A stretch of DNA of 64,000 bases from the NCBI GenBank assembly GCA_020536535.1, contig JAHLWZ010000798.1, positions 84,177-148,176 on the forward strand, in the 5' to 3' direction. Origin of the DNA: Pelomyxa schiedti (Eukaryota; Protista; Evosea). A program made the position numbers and the translations under genes. Below, piece after piece: positions 24,959-38,730 of the stretch (the first letter of the stretch is position 1; each line of letters begins with the position of its first letter). The notes beneath the pieces are model-generated. The model worked only from the letters and a program-made list of their open reading frames with translations, did no database searches and was not told the DNA's origin.

Positions 24959-27900
24959 ATGACGAGCGCCTCCGAGAAGAGACTGGCCTCAGGGCACCCA
25001 CCGCCGTCGCCCACCCCGCCCCTGATGCCCTCCGCAGTTGCAAACGGGGCGATGACGTCATCCTCCGCGACGACAGGCAACAGCCTCGTCATCGGCGGCA
25101 GCGGCAGCCTCAGCAGCACAGGCGGGGAACGTGGGGGAGCGGGGCCCGGCGCGGGCGTGGGCCCGGGCGGGAGCCTGTCGACCAGCGGGGGGGCGCTGGG
25201 GTCCCTGCGGGAGAGCACCAGCGCCACGTGCCTGATGGCCGCCTGCGGGTCGCCCACGCTGGGGCCCATGGTCGTGGTCGGGGGCGTGGGGGGCGGCAGC
25301 GGCCTGGTGGCGGTCGGCGCCTCGGTCGTGGTCGCGAGCAAGGACCCCGCCGCCGCCGGCGGGGGGGACAAGGCGGGGCCGGGGGGCACGGGGGGCGGAG
25401 CGCTGCAGAACGGGGAGGGGACTGGGAGCGGGAAGAGGCCTGTGGTGATGGGGAGCGGGACCGGCGACGCGGGCGTCGGCGGGGACGCCGAGGGGTCCAA
25501 CGACGCCAGCACCACTGTACTTATGGGTCCGGGATATGAACAGGTTTCTCAGAAGAAGAGAGTGTTGTCAGGTTAGTTGTTCTGGAAGTACTTGGGCAAA
25601 ATGCTCTCTATCTAACTTAGCTCAATTTTTTTTTCTTTGCTTATTGTTTTAACAGGCGTGTTCAATGTTGAGCATAGCCATGAGCACTATGCTGTAAGTA
25701 GAATTTGTCACATCAAAGTATTTTCAATAGGTTACAATCCCAAAGACAATTCACATGGGCTGATCTTTAACAAAAATTTCAGAGATACTAAACCCAATTC
25801 CTGATCTTGGGCCTTTATGCTTGTCTGTATCATTAATGAAAGCCAAGGGCTCACTCCCGGCTACAATAGACATGAATCCAGTTGAGACTGGAGGTCCCAG
25901 ATCTTTGCGTGTTGACCTCACATACTCTTTCAGATACTCGCATTCTCTCAGGGTATATCTTATACAACTGCACTTTTAACCTTACCTGCACATTTAAGGA
26001 ATTTGAAGATGTGCTCGTTATTAAAGCTCAAACCAACAAACACAGAATAGGCCCAAAGAAAAGTACTACAATTGCTACTGCCCAACTATTTATGTCCCAC
26101 ATTGTATATTTCCACCTTTTGCATTGCCTTTCTTAGACTTCATAGGTCCAGTTCCCCATGGATGACGATTTGATTCTGTACTGCAGTGAGAAGGGTGTTA
26201 AGAGTCCACCGGTTCCTTTATTCAAGCTACGAGTATCGATAGGAACGTAAGGATTCCCTATTTCTTTGGGATGGGTGAAATCCGTTTCAATGCAAGTACT
26301 ATTCTTTACCCAATGAACGTTTTCTCTAGGTATCCTCAGAGTATAAGTACACATGAAGATGCTCAAGTGATTCTATTTACTTCTTTACACCACGTGTAAC
26401 CTTTCACAAAGGAATGGGAATATGAAGCCCTACCAGAACAGTACTCTGATGAATACTCAAGCAGCAGTGACTCAGAAGACGAGTCCACAAAACTCACCAC
26501 CATGCCCACAACTGCTTCTGGGACAGCACAAGTCCCTCTATCACAGAGGTTGAGACTTCTGTCACCAACAACAACTCTTAGTGTTGCCTCCCCAAATGAC
26601 ATCAAAAGCCTACGTGACGATCCCAAGGTTTTTTTTTTTTTTCATACGTATCCACAGCTAATATTTCTTCATAGCCATCCCCAGTAAAAGATAAACGGTC
26701 TAAGTCTGTTTCAGTTGTTCAGCCAAAAAAAAGAGGGGATCTGGAATGTTGGTCCACAACTTTTTTTTGTTTTATAACTGATTCCAGTTCACACTGTGGA
26801 ATTTACACCCGAGCGTACTGCCGAAATCCGTCAAGCCACAAGAGATGCACATTTGCACCCCCCATCCATTGATTCTCTTGAGGACGCTCCTGCTACTCCT
26901 ACAACTGCGGCCACGGGCAATGTAGCAACAAATTCCGCGTCAATATCAGTTCCTGCCTTGGCATCGATCCCTCAGCCTTCCTTAAGTCGTTTTCGCTCAG
27001 ATCCCCGCCTTTCAGATTCTTCACCAACAATGGGGCCTCCTCCTGGTATTTCTTTTTTTCTTGGGGTGGATGCATTATTGAGCTTAATGGATACTTGAAG
27101 ATTTGAGTGCCATCAAACCTGGAGATACTATTTTCCTTGTCAACGGCGCAAGACGGCGCGCCCTGCGTGTAGCATCATTCATTGAAAAGAATTGCCCTTC
27201 TTTAAGGTTCCACATTACTATCGTACTGTTCTCCTAAGAGATATCCAATTCAGCTCATCTGCCCATTTTGTGAAACCTAATTGTGAACGAGACGCACAAA
27301 CCGTGATTAATACCCTGCTTGGAAAATTCATGTTACCCACTTTCTCCCTCTGCTTTTTCTCATAATCACAGACCTGACCACCCCTTCCATGTACTTGTTT
27401 TGGGTAGTGACGCCTTTCTTTCTTCAGCTATGCGACCCTACATCGAGGTTTTAGCAAACAAGTATGCTGTCTGCTTGGGTTTTTTTTTATTATTAATTCA
27501 CTTTGGTAAGACCTCGTCAGTGGGAACCACTTGAACTTTTTCTCATTCCTATAGGTATGCAATTTTATTTGCAGTATTCAACTTAAACATTTCCTCATTA
27601 TTTAGGGAAGCACTGCGAACTTGCGCAGCATGTCTGTTCCTTGGATACTGAGTACCGAAATTTGTTTGCTGATGACTTCTGGCATGCCCTTAGCGATCCC
27701 CATTGCCATCCCGCAGAAGGTGTAAAATTGGGCAACTCCTTTTAAGTGGGGTCGGCAATTTCTTTTTCTTCTACAGGCTCATACTCTTTCCAGCCTTTTT
27801 TTCCAGTATAACCTTCTTTACTCAGATGACTTTGTTGAAATTGAGCGTCGTATAGCTGTTTATTCCAATTCAGCTGTTGAAAATTTCAAGTTTACAATTG

Positions 27901-29088
27901 GAGAAGCATATCTTGCTGTCGCAGGTCAGGCGGCAAAGGCTTTTCCGTTTATAAAAGTAGATTGCTGCACTTCCTTTGCCGGATTAATTCCCACGTGCAT
28001 GTAGTCTGTATTGATAACACATACACAAACTGATGTTGTACCTGAAGTCCTTGTTGATTTCATGGTCACCAAAAAAACTCCACACCAACAGCAGGTAGAA
28101 TAGGAAAGGGTTACTTCGTTCTAACTTGTATCACAGTCACAAAAAGTATTCCTCACAGCACTTGTTGCAACCAAAATGGCAGAAGTCGCAGCAAATATGC
28201 ATGTGGATGCAGAAAATTTCCCTTCTAAAGATACATTGACAATGTTAATGCAAACTGCCCCAAAAAAATCCAAGAAGCCGAGTATGGTCCTCTCCTTTTT
28301 TGCGCTATTTTCACCCTTGAGCTAACCAACAAGGAGTCAAACTCTTTGGGGGAAAGTTTGGCACCAAGTCCAGTGAGGTATGTTAGCACTAGAAATGCCA
28401 CACAGAATAATAATCAATAAAGAAATAACGTGCATGGATGAATTACAACATTCTGCCAGGTACCACCCAGTGATGCCACCGACGAGGATGCTGGCCACAA
28501 GTCCAAGCCATCAGTATTCCTCTATTTTTTCTCCTATTCTTAGTTTTTTTTTTTTTTTGGTAGAACATAGTAACATCCCACAGGATTCCAAACACAAGGA
28601 CAAGACCAAGCCCGAAAAAGATAAAAAGGACAAGAAAAAGAAAGGCTCCAAGGACTCTGACACATTGGTCAAAGAACTCACAGGAGCCCCACCTACCCCT
28701 TCGTCATCATCAGGAACTGCATCAACATCTACAGCTAGCAGTACGACTACAACAATAACAGCAACACCAAGCAAGGGAGATAAATCAGAAAAATCTGAAA
28801 AAACAGAGAGAGATACAAAGGACAAGGACAAGGGTGACAAAATATTTGTCACCACCGTGTCGCGGCTGATGTGTTCTGTTGGTGACAGCAGCAGCTCACT
28901 TATGGGTTGGCTCCTGTTCTCTATTCAATTCAATCCAAGTTCACTTACATTCTTCCTTTCCCAAACAAAATCATACAGTTTATGTTGATGGTACCCGGAT
29001 AGAGTCTGTCAAGAATCTGACATTGAGAACTGAATGGGCAAGGGTGAAAACTATTTCTGTAAAATCCTTTGTTGCCTATTCTCTGTGA
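24959..29088 (+). CDS. PACS-like (phosphofurin acidic cluster sorting) protein; multi-exon
   Basis: C2-like N-terminal region (DVLVIKAQTNKHRIG...TIATAQLFMSHI), acidic cluster EYSDEYSSSSDSEDES, middle HVLVLGSDAFLSSAMRPYIEVLANK, and C-terminus TTVSRLMCS...VYVDGTRIESVKNLTLRTEW. As recalled, these parallel PACS1/2 segments ISRLIC..VxIDGVEWxDVKFFQLAAQW. Confidence 0.72.
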
Positions 29089-29187
29089 AAAACAAGAGAA
29101 AAAAAGTGTAATTTCTATTCAAAAAGATAGATTATGTTTGTTAGCCAAAAAAAAATAAATACAACACAACGTAAAAACGAATTCGCC

Positions 29188-32006
29188 TCAAAGAGTTCCG
29201 TGCAATGCCGAGACAATTTCTTCTGGACGTAAGGATGGAATCATTGCCAGGCAGGTCTGGAATGTTACAAAAATGTAGCCTGCTTCCCCTCGTAAGTCGT
29301 CATCAGAGAGGAAGTGTTCAATAAATTTGCATTCTGAAGGAGTTGTTTGTCCACAAATGGCGGAACTAAAAGTGGAAGGACCTGCAAACGGGTGTTGCAA
29401 ATTTGCCTTAATCAAAACGAACGCGAAAAGGGGCAGAAAGTCGTCAGCCGTTCTGTAAAACATTTATTGACTAGGAGGGAAATAGGGTGTTACGTACATT
29501 TCCACGGCATTGACTTTGCCCCAGAAAGTGTCAACACATGATTTTATTGCTCGTGCCACATCTATTGTCAAGAATAAGGATGACACGGATACTAGGAAGA
29601 GATACCAATGAGGCACTTCGTCTTGGCCCAGGGCGTTTTAGCATGGGAGAGCCTCTTTGCTTCTTTGTTGAAGAGTAAGAACCCAAAAAAACAAAAAAAA
29701 GTGTGCCTCTTACCTTCTATTGCTGTCCCATAAGGCATAAAATCACCAAATGGTTGCGCAGCTCCACGTTTGGGATTCTGTCAGATATAAATTAGAGTGA
29801 GATAAATTCAGGAATTGGGTACCTCATTTAACCAAAGTTGTTTCCGTACACCCATGTGTGCTGGTGATATCGTCAGGTACTTACTGGCATGGCTTCTATA
29901 GTTTTCATCGTCGACGGAAGACTTTTTTGAGTTTCACTTTCTTATTTGGGTTGTCTATTATCTCACATTTGTAGTGTAACCGTCCCAGAGTACAGAGAAG
30001 CAATGCTGAAATATAAGCTCAAGTATTGCCCTATCGACCACCTCTTGAATTTTCAACAAAGGTCTGTAGAGTTTAACGACGTCATTTCCCAGGTTCACTT
30101 GGTTTTGTGATTTTCTTTCTTTCAGTGCACTAAATGCAGAAAAAGATAAATAATACTTGCATGCTCTTCCGCTATTCTCATAACTTCTTCAGCAGCACTG
30201 TCGGTGCCAATATCTGGCACAATAGATAGTTCTGAGCACACTTGCTGTAGTCCCCGTTTCAGAGTGGGGCCCAGTGGATGAGCCTTTAAACTATTTTCAA
30301 GTGAGAAGAGTCCTTGTGTTTTTCTACTACTTTAGAGTCATAGTTTTAACATAAAAGAAGTAGGGAACATGTAGAGAACTTAGCAACATCCCGAAAGTGG
30401 TAAACGAATGTATCAAGATCAAAATCATCTTCTGTCATATTCCGCACACTTCTAAGCCAATTTTGGTACCATGTCACAACCTGAATAGAAGTTAAATTTG
30501 ATTCCTAACTTTATGCATGGCTATTTACTTCATCACCAGTGGTATTGAGAATTTCTCTATTCTTTCTTGTTGATTGTTCCCGCTCTACTTGGGGCTGTCG
30601 AACCTAATTCGGTTAGCGAAGAGTGACCTAGTAGAAAGCATACCCCAATCTCCTCCTGTGACCATTGAGTATGATATTCCTTGAACTTCAGGAAGGTATT
30701 CAATAAATTACTTGCTTGGGGTTGAACTGCAATTGTACCACCCACTGTAGGTCCGGATCCTATCGTTGAAAGTAATTTTTCAGAACCTTTTGGCTAGTAG
30801 GAAGACAAGTTAAATTTCCTCCTGAAGAAGAATATTTCTCACCAGTTCCCATGACGATGAGGACAAGTTGCCACTGGTAGAAGAGCCTCCTTGTATAGTT
30901 CGCCGATGTAACCGTATATTGTGTTGGAGTGGCCTGCCACAGAGCTGTGTTTTGTTTCAGAAAGGAAAGAAGAAAGACAAGTCACCCACTCTAGTAATCG
31001 AGCGTATCTTTGTGTTTGGTGACGTCCAAAGTGGAATTGATGGAAGGCTAGCAGATTGAGTTTGCTCATCGCCCAACCTTAGCTGGCTTACAGAGCCAAC
31101 TGACGTAGACAACGGTGGAGTTGTCCCAGAAACAAAAGGTGGAGACGAGGAATAAACCAGAGAAGCCTCATCCACCACTGCGATCGGGATGGCAGAAGTT
31201 GCCGTAGAAGTCGCTATTGATGTCGACGTTGATTCCGATAAAGGAGACAAGCTCAAAGAACTGAGTGAAGGTGTAGGCATAGACTGTGTCCTCAAACAGT
31301 GAAGGTCCTGAGCACTCCTCGAGTGCAACAGGATTGAGGACGGGCCCCCTGCAGAAGCCCCAATGTTTCTTTGTGAAGGAGACCTAGACGCAGTCCACCT
31401 GCCACCGCCACCAGATACAGTAGCAGAATCACCACTTCGGCTGCGGGTCCTTATTCCAACACCACCATCGTTGACAACATTCCGGAAATTGCCTATTGCC
31501 CCCCCAACACTGCACAATGAACTTGTACTGGTAGTAGAAGCTGGGTTGTTATCAATTCCACCACTGGAACTCACACAATAGGAATTGCCGTCGAAACTGC
31601 AACTGCAATTTGGGCTCGAACTGAGGTTTGTGACGCACATCGCAGCCGAATTTGTACGAAATGTGGCATCAAGTACAGGCGACATCGGGGGCGGCGACGA
31701 AGACGGAGACGGCGTGGCGGTAGACGACGAGGTGCACCCACAAGTGCGTTCTTGCGACTGATCAGATGCCACATAGGCTGACTTGGGCCTGTAAGTCGCC
31801 TGCGCCCACACTGACGAAGACTGAGGTGGCGACCTAGCCTGTGGCTGCGACTGAGACTGAGACAAGCACAAAGACAAAGACAAAGACATAGGTAGAGACT
31901 TAGACTGGGGCGCATTAGAGGGAGATTTGGGCTGGATCATTTCTGGCGTGGGAATTGGTGCCTTGGTGGTGGGCGGTTGCGGTATGAAATTGTTGACGGT
32001 GGTCAT
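29188..32006 (-). CDS. VPS9-domain Rab5-family GEF with long Ser/Pro-rich N-terminus; multi-exon
   Basis: TADDFLPLFAFVLIKAN and LRGEAGYIFVTFQTCL are VPS9 signatures. First in-frame ATG is at 32006. Confidence 0.85.
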
Positions 32007-32251
32007 TTGGTGGGGCCTGTAGATTTCAACTGCTGCTGCCCACGACCTGTCTCTGCAAAGTGCCGCCCCTATCGCCCACGGAAACGGAAAGTACGGTCTT
32101 TTGGCCAACAGATTAAGTACAATTCGAAACAAACCTTACTTTTTTTGATCGCCGCTCGGTTTCACCGAAGTCGAATTGAAGAACAAAGTGATGTGGTGCA
32201 GGTGCTGGAACTTTTAGGAAAAAGAGTAACTTGAGTCACTTGTTTTTTTTA

Positions 32252-32419
32252 ATGTTTTTTGAATTTTCTCTTGGGATGTCTTGCGGTTTTGTTCTGGCAA
32301 AATGGTGTCCGGAGGATAGGGGCCTTGCTTCCATCATGAAAGTGTTCATTCCGTTTGTGTTAATGCTGTTGTGTGCATTGGGTGACCCATTCCACCAGTT
32401 TTATAACACTTACATATAG
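32252..32419 (+). CDS. Possible small (55-aa) hydrophobic protein
   Basis: ATG-initiated ORF with two hydrophobic stretches in an intergenic gap; may be non-coding. Confidence 0.2.
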   Translation: MFFEFSLGMSCGFVLAKWCPEDRGLASIMKVFIPFVLMLLCALGDPFHQFYNTYI

Positions 32420-32675
32420 TAAAATCTATTATGATAATAGTAACAAAATGAAAACCCATACAAACCTCATTCCGCGGTGTCTAGTTTGAGGGGAAGTACA
32501 GAAAGGAGTAAGATTTCTAGTTATTGGATTGTTTGTTACCTTTAACTAAAAATGTCATGGATGCTGTTAAAATCAGTTGTCGTTACGCCCTAAAAGAGCG
32601 GGAGGTTGATAAATACAATTTCGAAAAAGTTAAAAATGGGAGTAGTCCGATAAACCTTGGACTGCGCGGTCTGCT

Positions 32676-35600
32676 TCACCCATTGAAGTCTGTCTCGGCT
32701 GCCAACTTTCTGTTCAAACCGCTCATATAGGAACCACAGAAGTCCTGAATGAGGTATCTCCTATTATTCAAGTGACACATTAGATAAAAGAAGAAATAAG
32801 AATTGTAGTGAATCCTTAAACCAACCGTTACGGCATTGTAGAATAAGTGTTGGACTTCCAACAAATTATTACAGGCAAACTCGACTTTGATGGCACTGTG
32901 AAGAATTATCTTCAGCATTAAGAATTTCGACATGCTTTATCCAACTCTGGGGGTCAGTTTTTCTGTACATCATCGAGAAGAAAGCAAACATTCTAGCCCT
33001 AGGTATATGTTTTCTGGATAACGCGTGGTCAATAACCCTGTTAATTGCAAGGATACGAAGCATGTGAGATAAAATTCCTTCAGAAAGGAGAGGACATGGT
33101 GAGAAAACGAGGACTGCAGTGAGAAGCAGCCATTGCTTTCAACATGATTTCATTACAACACTGGTATGCATTAAATTCAATGGGGCCCTCAATTTGCGTA
33201 AAACGTTGCGGATCAAGTGCATCCAGTAAAAGGCGAGTCACTACAATAGCGAAGGAATCTTCCTACGAGTGATTGAATGCCTACTAAGAGTGGATATTGG
33301 ATTGTCAAGGTACCTTTACTGTATAGGTGTTGATGAGGTCGGAGATGGTGGACTGCGTAATTGGCCCATTGATTGGTGTATCTACTGGCAAATGGATAGG
33401 CCTGGCTGTAGTATCGATGTACAGGTGATCCAATTCACAAATCAATTTCTCTGGGTGAGATACAGCAAGGATATTCAGGTAACTAAGGTAGCAGTTGGTG
33501 AGTAATCAATGCAATGCTTGTTGGCAATGTGAGGGATGGGAAAATGATGTAGGAGAAAAGGCACTCACTGAAACCATAGCAGGGCCTTGTCACTCAGGTC
33601 AACGAGGTTGTCTATGCATTTATGGAAGGTGTCACTAGATTTTTCTGGACATGTCAGCGTCACCAAGAACGCATAACAAAGCCAAGCCATTGGTTTATGT
33701 TTCAAAACTCCTGGGAAAAAGTTGTAAAAAATTGCGGGGGATAAATTTAGATACCATGATGTTTTGTATCTTTCCCAGCTGCAAGCCCCAGTAGATGTTC
33801 GAAGTTTGAGATCGCGGGTTGATCTTCAGTACCCCCCTGTATCACCAATTATGCTTGCTACAGAAGAAGCAAAATAGAGACCAAACGAGTGTATGTGGAA
33901 ATAGCAGCCGTTAGAACGTCGAGAGCAATGTCTGCGATGCCATTTCTAACAAGGAAGGCGGCATAGTAAGCATGCAAGTCAAGTGACTCAGGATTCAGTT
34001 CTTGGGCCCGCTCCAGAAGACCCATGCACGCTTCTATTCCTTTTTCATACTGCCAAACAAGGGGACAGGGTCAGAAATTAGAAAATGCAATGCTCTATCT
34101 ACCTCTTCAATGGCTACATACAACATCCATATGTCCGGGCGGCGCCGTAGACGGTCATAACCAAGAAAAACTTGGCAAGTTCTGATAGCATTTTCCTTAT
34201 TGCCGAGTAGAAATTCCAGGATAACGTAGTTCATAAGGAGGTTGATATTCTGAAGTGACTCGACTCGAGAATAATCTCCCATAAACTCTATGAAGAGGGT
34301 CTCAAGTCGGGCAATTTTGGAAGGGTCTCCAGCTTTCAGCATTCTGGCAGCTATAGACTTCGACCAGTCAAAAAGTACATGTCGATGTGGCTTGTGAATG
34401 GCACTTGCTAGAAGACTTTCATGCGGGAGGTAGTCAAATGCAACTAAGTGAAGAAGGTGAAGCTGCAAAAGACTCACTACAAAAGGTGACATGTGATGGA
34501 AGGCTAGCACAGTACTATCCGAAAGACTCTTCTAATGCAATGTTATTACCATGTGTAAAAAAGACTTGTTGTACCTTAAGGTAATTGAAGGCCCCTGAGA
34601 TCATCCCTTGTGTTACCAATGAACGGCACTTTCTTAGAATTGTCCACGCTATAGTGTACCCAGTCGCTTCTTTCTGTCTAATTTCCACTGGGTCTGTTGG
34701 TTGCACCGGGGAGCCCTTTCTTGACATGAGACTTTGCACTGCCGAGTCACAAGCTTGTTGCACAGAGCTTTCCGGCAGGGAATCTATATATCTAGTTTTC
34801 ATGTAAGTAGATAAACTCTCAAGAAAGGGCACTAACTGTATCCAAAGCTCAGGAGAAGGGTTGTGCACAAGGATTTCAGGCACAACGAGTGTAAGGTATT
34901 CTGGAGTGCAAATGACTTTGAATACATTCAACATGAATTTAGCCAACAAAATAGAGGATGGATTTGCTTTGATGGCACGCTCTAGAAGGTCACAAATTTT
35001 GAATCCAATTTCGCATCCAACATTAGGCCATTTTTTGAAAAACTGGATTTTGTTTTGACAATTGTGTTGAACAATTTAAAAATGAACTTTACCTTTAAGA
35101 CATATTGAACCCACAACACCTCATTGTGTGGGTTGTCAGCAACCTTAGTTTCATATTCTTTGATGAAATCAGGTGGTACCAATCTGTCCCCTTGAAGCAC
35201 CACTTCAAAATACCTTGGAAACTTTTAGAGCACAAAAGCAGTACTGTCTCTATACCTGGGATGCCTTGTTTTTGTAGTTTCAGTTTCACTGCATTTGGTG
35301 TCTTGAGCTATGTTGTATTTTGGGACTGTATTCAGGGGGAAGGCTGGTCTGATTCTAATGGGATGCCGGAGCCCTGTATCCATTTGGAGATGGTCCAGGC
35401 CTTCCCAACCAACTTCACTGTGAAACCACTGCATAAAATGGTCTGCTTTTATTGGTGCAGCACTCTTGCGAGGTGTTCAGTGCAATGAACTTATAGAAAA
35501 GCACAAACCTTTGTATTCAAAAACTGGGAGGCTTTGCCGTTACCCACCACAGGAAAATAGTCGGCTATATCTCTAACAATTTCTGCCTCTATACAAAAGT

Positions 35601-38128
35601 TCATAACATTAAGCTATGAAAGTTTCAAACCAGTCATTAAACTGTCTTTGAAGTGCTGGTATTCGCATGTTGGGTCCTTGCACACTCCATTCAACTCAAA
35701 GCCACACATTTTTCGATCAGGATCAATTTTGTTACTCACAGTGCAAGAATTACAGGACAGGGAAGTCAGATGCTTGAAGTTTGGGTTGCAACGGTATGAC
35801 CGCAGTGAAACAAGAGGAGAACTGTACGGCTCTGGGAATATGTCGTTGGAGTGCTTTACTTCCATTGAGGTTTTGGCTTCAGTAATTTTCTCCAGAGATT
35901 CAGAAGAGGCAGAATTGTCTTCAGGGATACTTGAGGTGGGTGTGGACATTGTTGACTGTACCTCTTGATGGGTGTTATGCAACACACTATCAAAGAGAAA
36001 TGGTGCCTCGGGTTCAGAAAAAGGAGAAAAGAACCTGATGAAATGATCAAAAGCTTTTCTTAGAGGAATAAGCTTACCTGTGAGATTGTTATTTCTTAAC
36101 CCACCCCGCCCCCCCTTCAAATACAATTCTTTCCCATGAGAGTAAAAAAATTACAAAATGATGGGTCACGCTGAAAGCAAGGGACAGCATCCTCTTCCAT
36201 TTCAGAGGCACTGTCAGAAATCTCAGTTTTGATTGTTTTCAGAGGATGTATTTGTGAGGGACGCGAATCGTGCTGTATTTCACTGGCAAGAGGAATTGGC
36301 ATGCCAACTGCTGTGGAAGACATCGCAAGTGCCTCAGCTTTATTGGGTGCAGTGCCTGAACTGTCTAAGGCTGCTGATAAGCAAGCAGATGCCAAAGAAA
36401 TTATCTTGTTTGCAGAAGGTTTGGGGCAAGGTGCAATAATGCCTTGAATAGGCCCAAGGTTCAAAGGAGGAGGTGCCGTATATTGAGTCTGTGGCTCCAC
36501 AAAATTTGTATCATTCAAATTCGACTTAATTATCTCGTCATGCAATTCCCTACTCTTAATATTCAAGTCTTCCAGAAGGGAGGACTCTTCAGCCTCTTCC
36601 CTATTTTTTCAGCCTGTTAGACTACAAAATAATTAATAGGTAATAAACTCACCTTAGTAAATGTTCTACCTTTTCCTCTGCTTTTCTTTTGATATCCTTT
36701 GTCATTTCACGTTCCATCTGTGCTGCTACCAGGCGAGTGTTGTACGCTGCTTTGGCATGCTGCTTTTCATATATTTCTGTTTGCATTTGTTGCGCATATG
36801 CAGTAGTTGCTGCTATTTGCTGCTTGATTACCTTTGCTGTGGAATGCTTTTTTTTCCCAAAAAAAAAAAAAGGTTGGAGAAATAAAAGAGTGAAAGAAAA
36901 ATACCTTCCGTTCCATAGAATCTTTAATTTCCTTTCTCCCTTCCAACACCATTTCTTTTGTTAAAGGCTGAATTGTTTCACTGGGACACACTGCGCACAG
37001 AGGTGGAGGTAATCCTGGTGTTGCACCAAAGTTAGCTTGCTTCTCTGGTGAGGCATCCTGAGTATAAGAGCTCTCTTGTGCAGAGTCTTTGGAGATTAGG
37101 AAATACAGAAATTTGAATATACATAAATCTTTCTTTGGGATTGGAACGAGATGTTCTTTTTTAAAAAAAAAGAGCAGTTTCTACCTTTACTACTGGCAGT
37201 CATGATATTTGGTGCAACTGTGTCCTCGGGCATCAAAGTGAACACTAGCGATTTATCCAAGTGTGTGTTGGGCTGGAGGTTGCTTGTACCGTTTGGTGCC
37301 CGCGAAATGGGTTGTGCAGTTTTGGGTTTAGCAGACTTCAGCTGAGGCTGTTGCAACTTGTGTGTGCCCTGAGGCGATGTAGGCATGGGGTGTCTGGGCT
37401 GTGGGGCATTCACCAAAGCAGGGAAATGCCTCTGTCCAGTTGCCTGCTTGGGCGACGCAACCACTGCCTGCTGCTGCACCGCCGTCTGTTTGGTCATAAT
37501 AGGTGCCGCTGCTGTTGATGTTGACGCTGATGCCTGTAATTTCGTAGTTGCAGTTTGGCCCGTGGCTACCGGCAGCAGAGCAGGGGTTCGTGTGGGACTG
37601 GAAGGTGTGTTTATTGGCGCAACTGCGGCAGTGCCTGTTGCAGCACTGCACGCCGCCGGTGAGTTGTTGTTGTTGTTGCTGCTGTTGTGACTACCGCCGC
37701 TGGTAGCCTGTGGTGAACCGGGAGGCGATATAAATTGTGACTGTGATTGAGCCTGAATTTGAGACTGGGGTTGCGCCTGAGTTTGCTGCTGCGGCTGCGG
37801 CGTCACGGCAGTCGCGTTGGGGCACCTCGGGGCGCACGTAGCGGGCCGCTTGGCAGGAGGTGACACAATGTCAGAGCGAGGCGGCGCTCGTTTCTGCTGT
37901 TGCTGTTGCTGCTGCTGCGGGTGGTGAGCCGGGGCCTGGGGCGTGGCGTGCTGCTGCTGCGGGTGGGCCTGGGCCTGTGGGTGCCCGTGGGCGAGGGGTG
38001 CCTGAGATTGCAACTGCATCTGCTGCGGCTGCCTCGGCCTCACCTGGGGCACCTGATCGCTCGCGCTCGGCTTCTGTATATGGTGCTGTGGCTGCGGCGG
38101 CGGCTGCGGTAGGACCAGGGGCTGCCGC

Positions 38129-38183
<55 letters not shown>

Positions 38184-38508
38184 CGCGGTACAGGGCGGCG
38201 GCGGCAGCGGATCTGGCGGCGGTGTAGTCCTCGTCCGAGATTTCGCCCTCCTCCCTCTCCTTCTCGAAGTGGGGCGCGGTGCCGGTGGGGCGCGCCGACG
38301 GCTGCGGGGAGCCGCCGCGCTGCGGCGGTTGCTGGTGCTGCGCGGTGGCGTCCGCCGTGGGGCTCCCGGGCCGCATGCCCATCATCGTGGTCCTCGCCCG
38401 CTGCCGCAGCACCTCGAGCGGGTCGTCGCTGTTGCCGCTGCTGGCGCAAGGGGGTGCCCCGCTGCCGGTGCCACCCTGCGGCGGAGCCTGTGGTTGTCGT
38501 GCTTGCAT
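32676..38508 (-). CDS. ZFC3H1: ZFC3H1/Red1-like nuclear exosome-targeting factor: polyQ/Pro N-terminus, zf-C3H1 finger and HAT/TPR repeats; multi-exon
   Basis: IDPDRKMCGFELNGVCKDPTCEYQHFKD matches the zf-C3H1 finger. It is followed by HAT-like units (NPHNEVLWVQY, ELWIQLVPFLE, IWMLYVAIEE, AQELNPESLDLHAYYAAF). An REEGEI motif lies in the N-terminus. Confidence 0.82.
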
Positions 38509-38730
38509 GTCAGTGACGTTCTGTTGTGCTTTTTCCTCTTGTATCTTTTTTTTTGTTCCTCAGTCTGTTCTGGAGGCGAGATCTCAAGGGATCATCCCTC
38601 CCACGCAGCCTGGATTGTGGAGGAGTTGTTTTGGTTGACAGCAGGTAGAGGTGTGACATTCTCAACAATCGGGGAAAAAAAGAGATCTTTCGACTAAGGT
38701 ACGTCTCACAGTGGTGTGTCCCGGTGACCC

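Noticed and set aside
33049-33056. U12-type 5' splice site GTATCCTT on the minus strand
   Set aside because: It falls inside an open ZFC3H1 exon (LRIL) that is already joined in frame by an upstream GT-AG intron, and no U12 branch site is evident.
37860-38697. Long overlapping or antisense ORFs in GC-rich and repeat-rich blocks (also 17131-17978, 24769-25539, 41419-42347, 44854-45713, 56649-57379)
   Set aside because: These are shadow ORFs caused by stop-codon scarcity in GC-rich or low-complexity coding DNA; they have no recognisable motifs.
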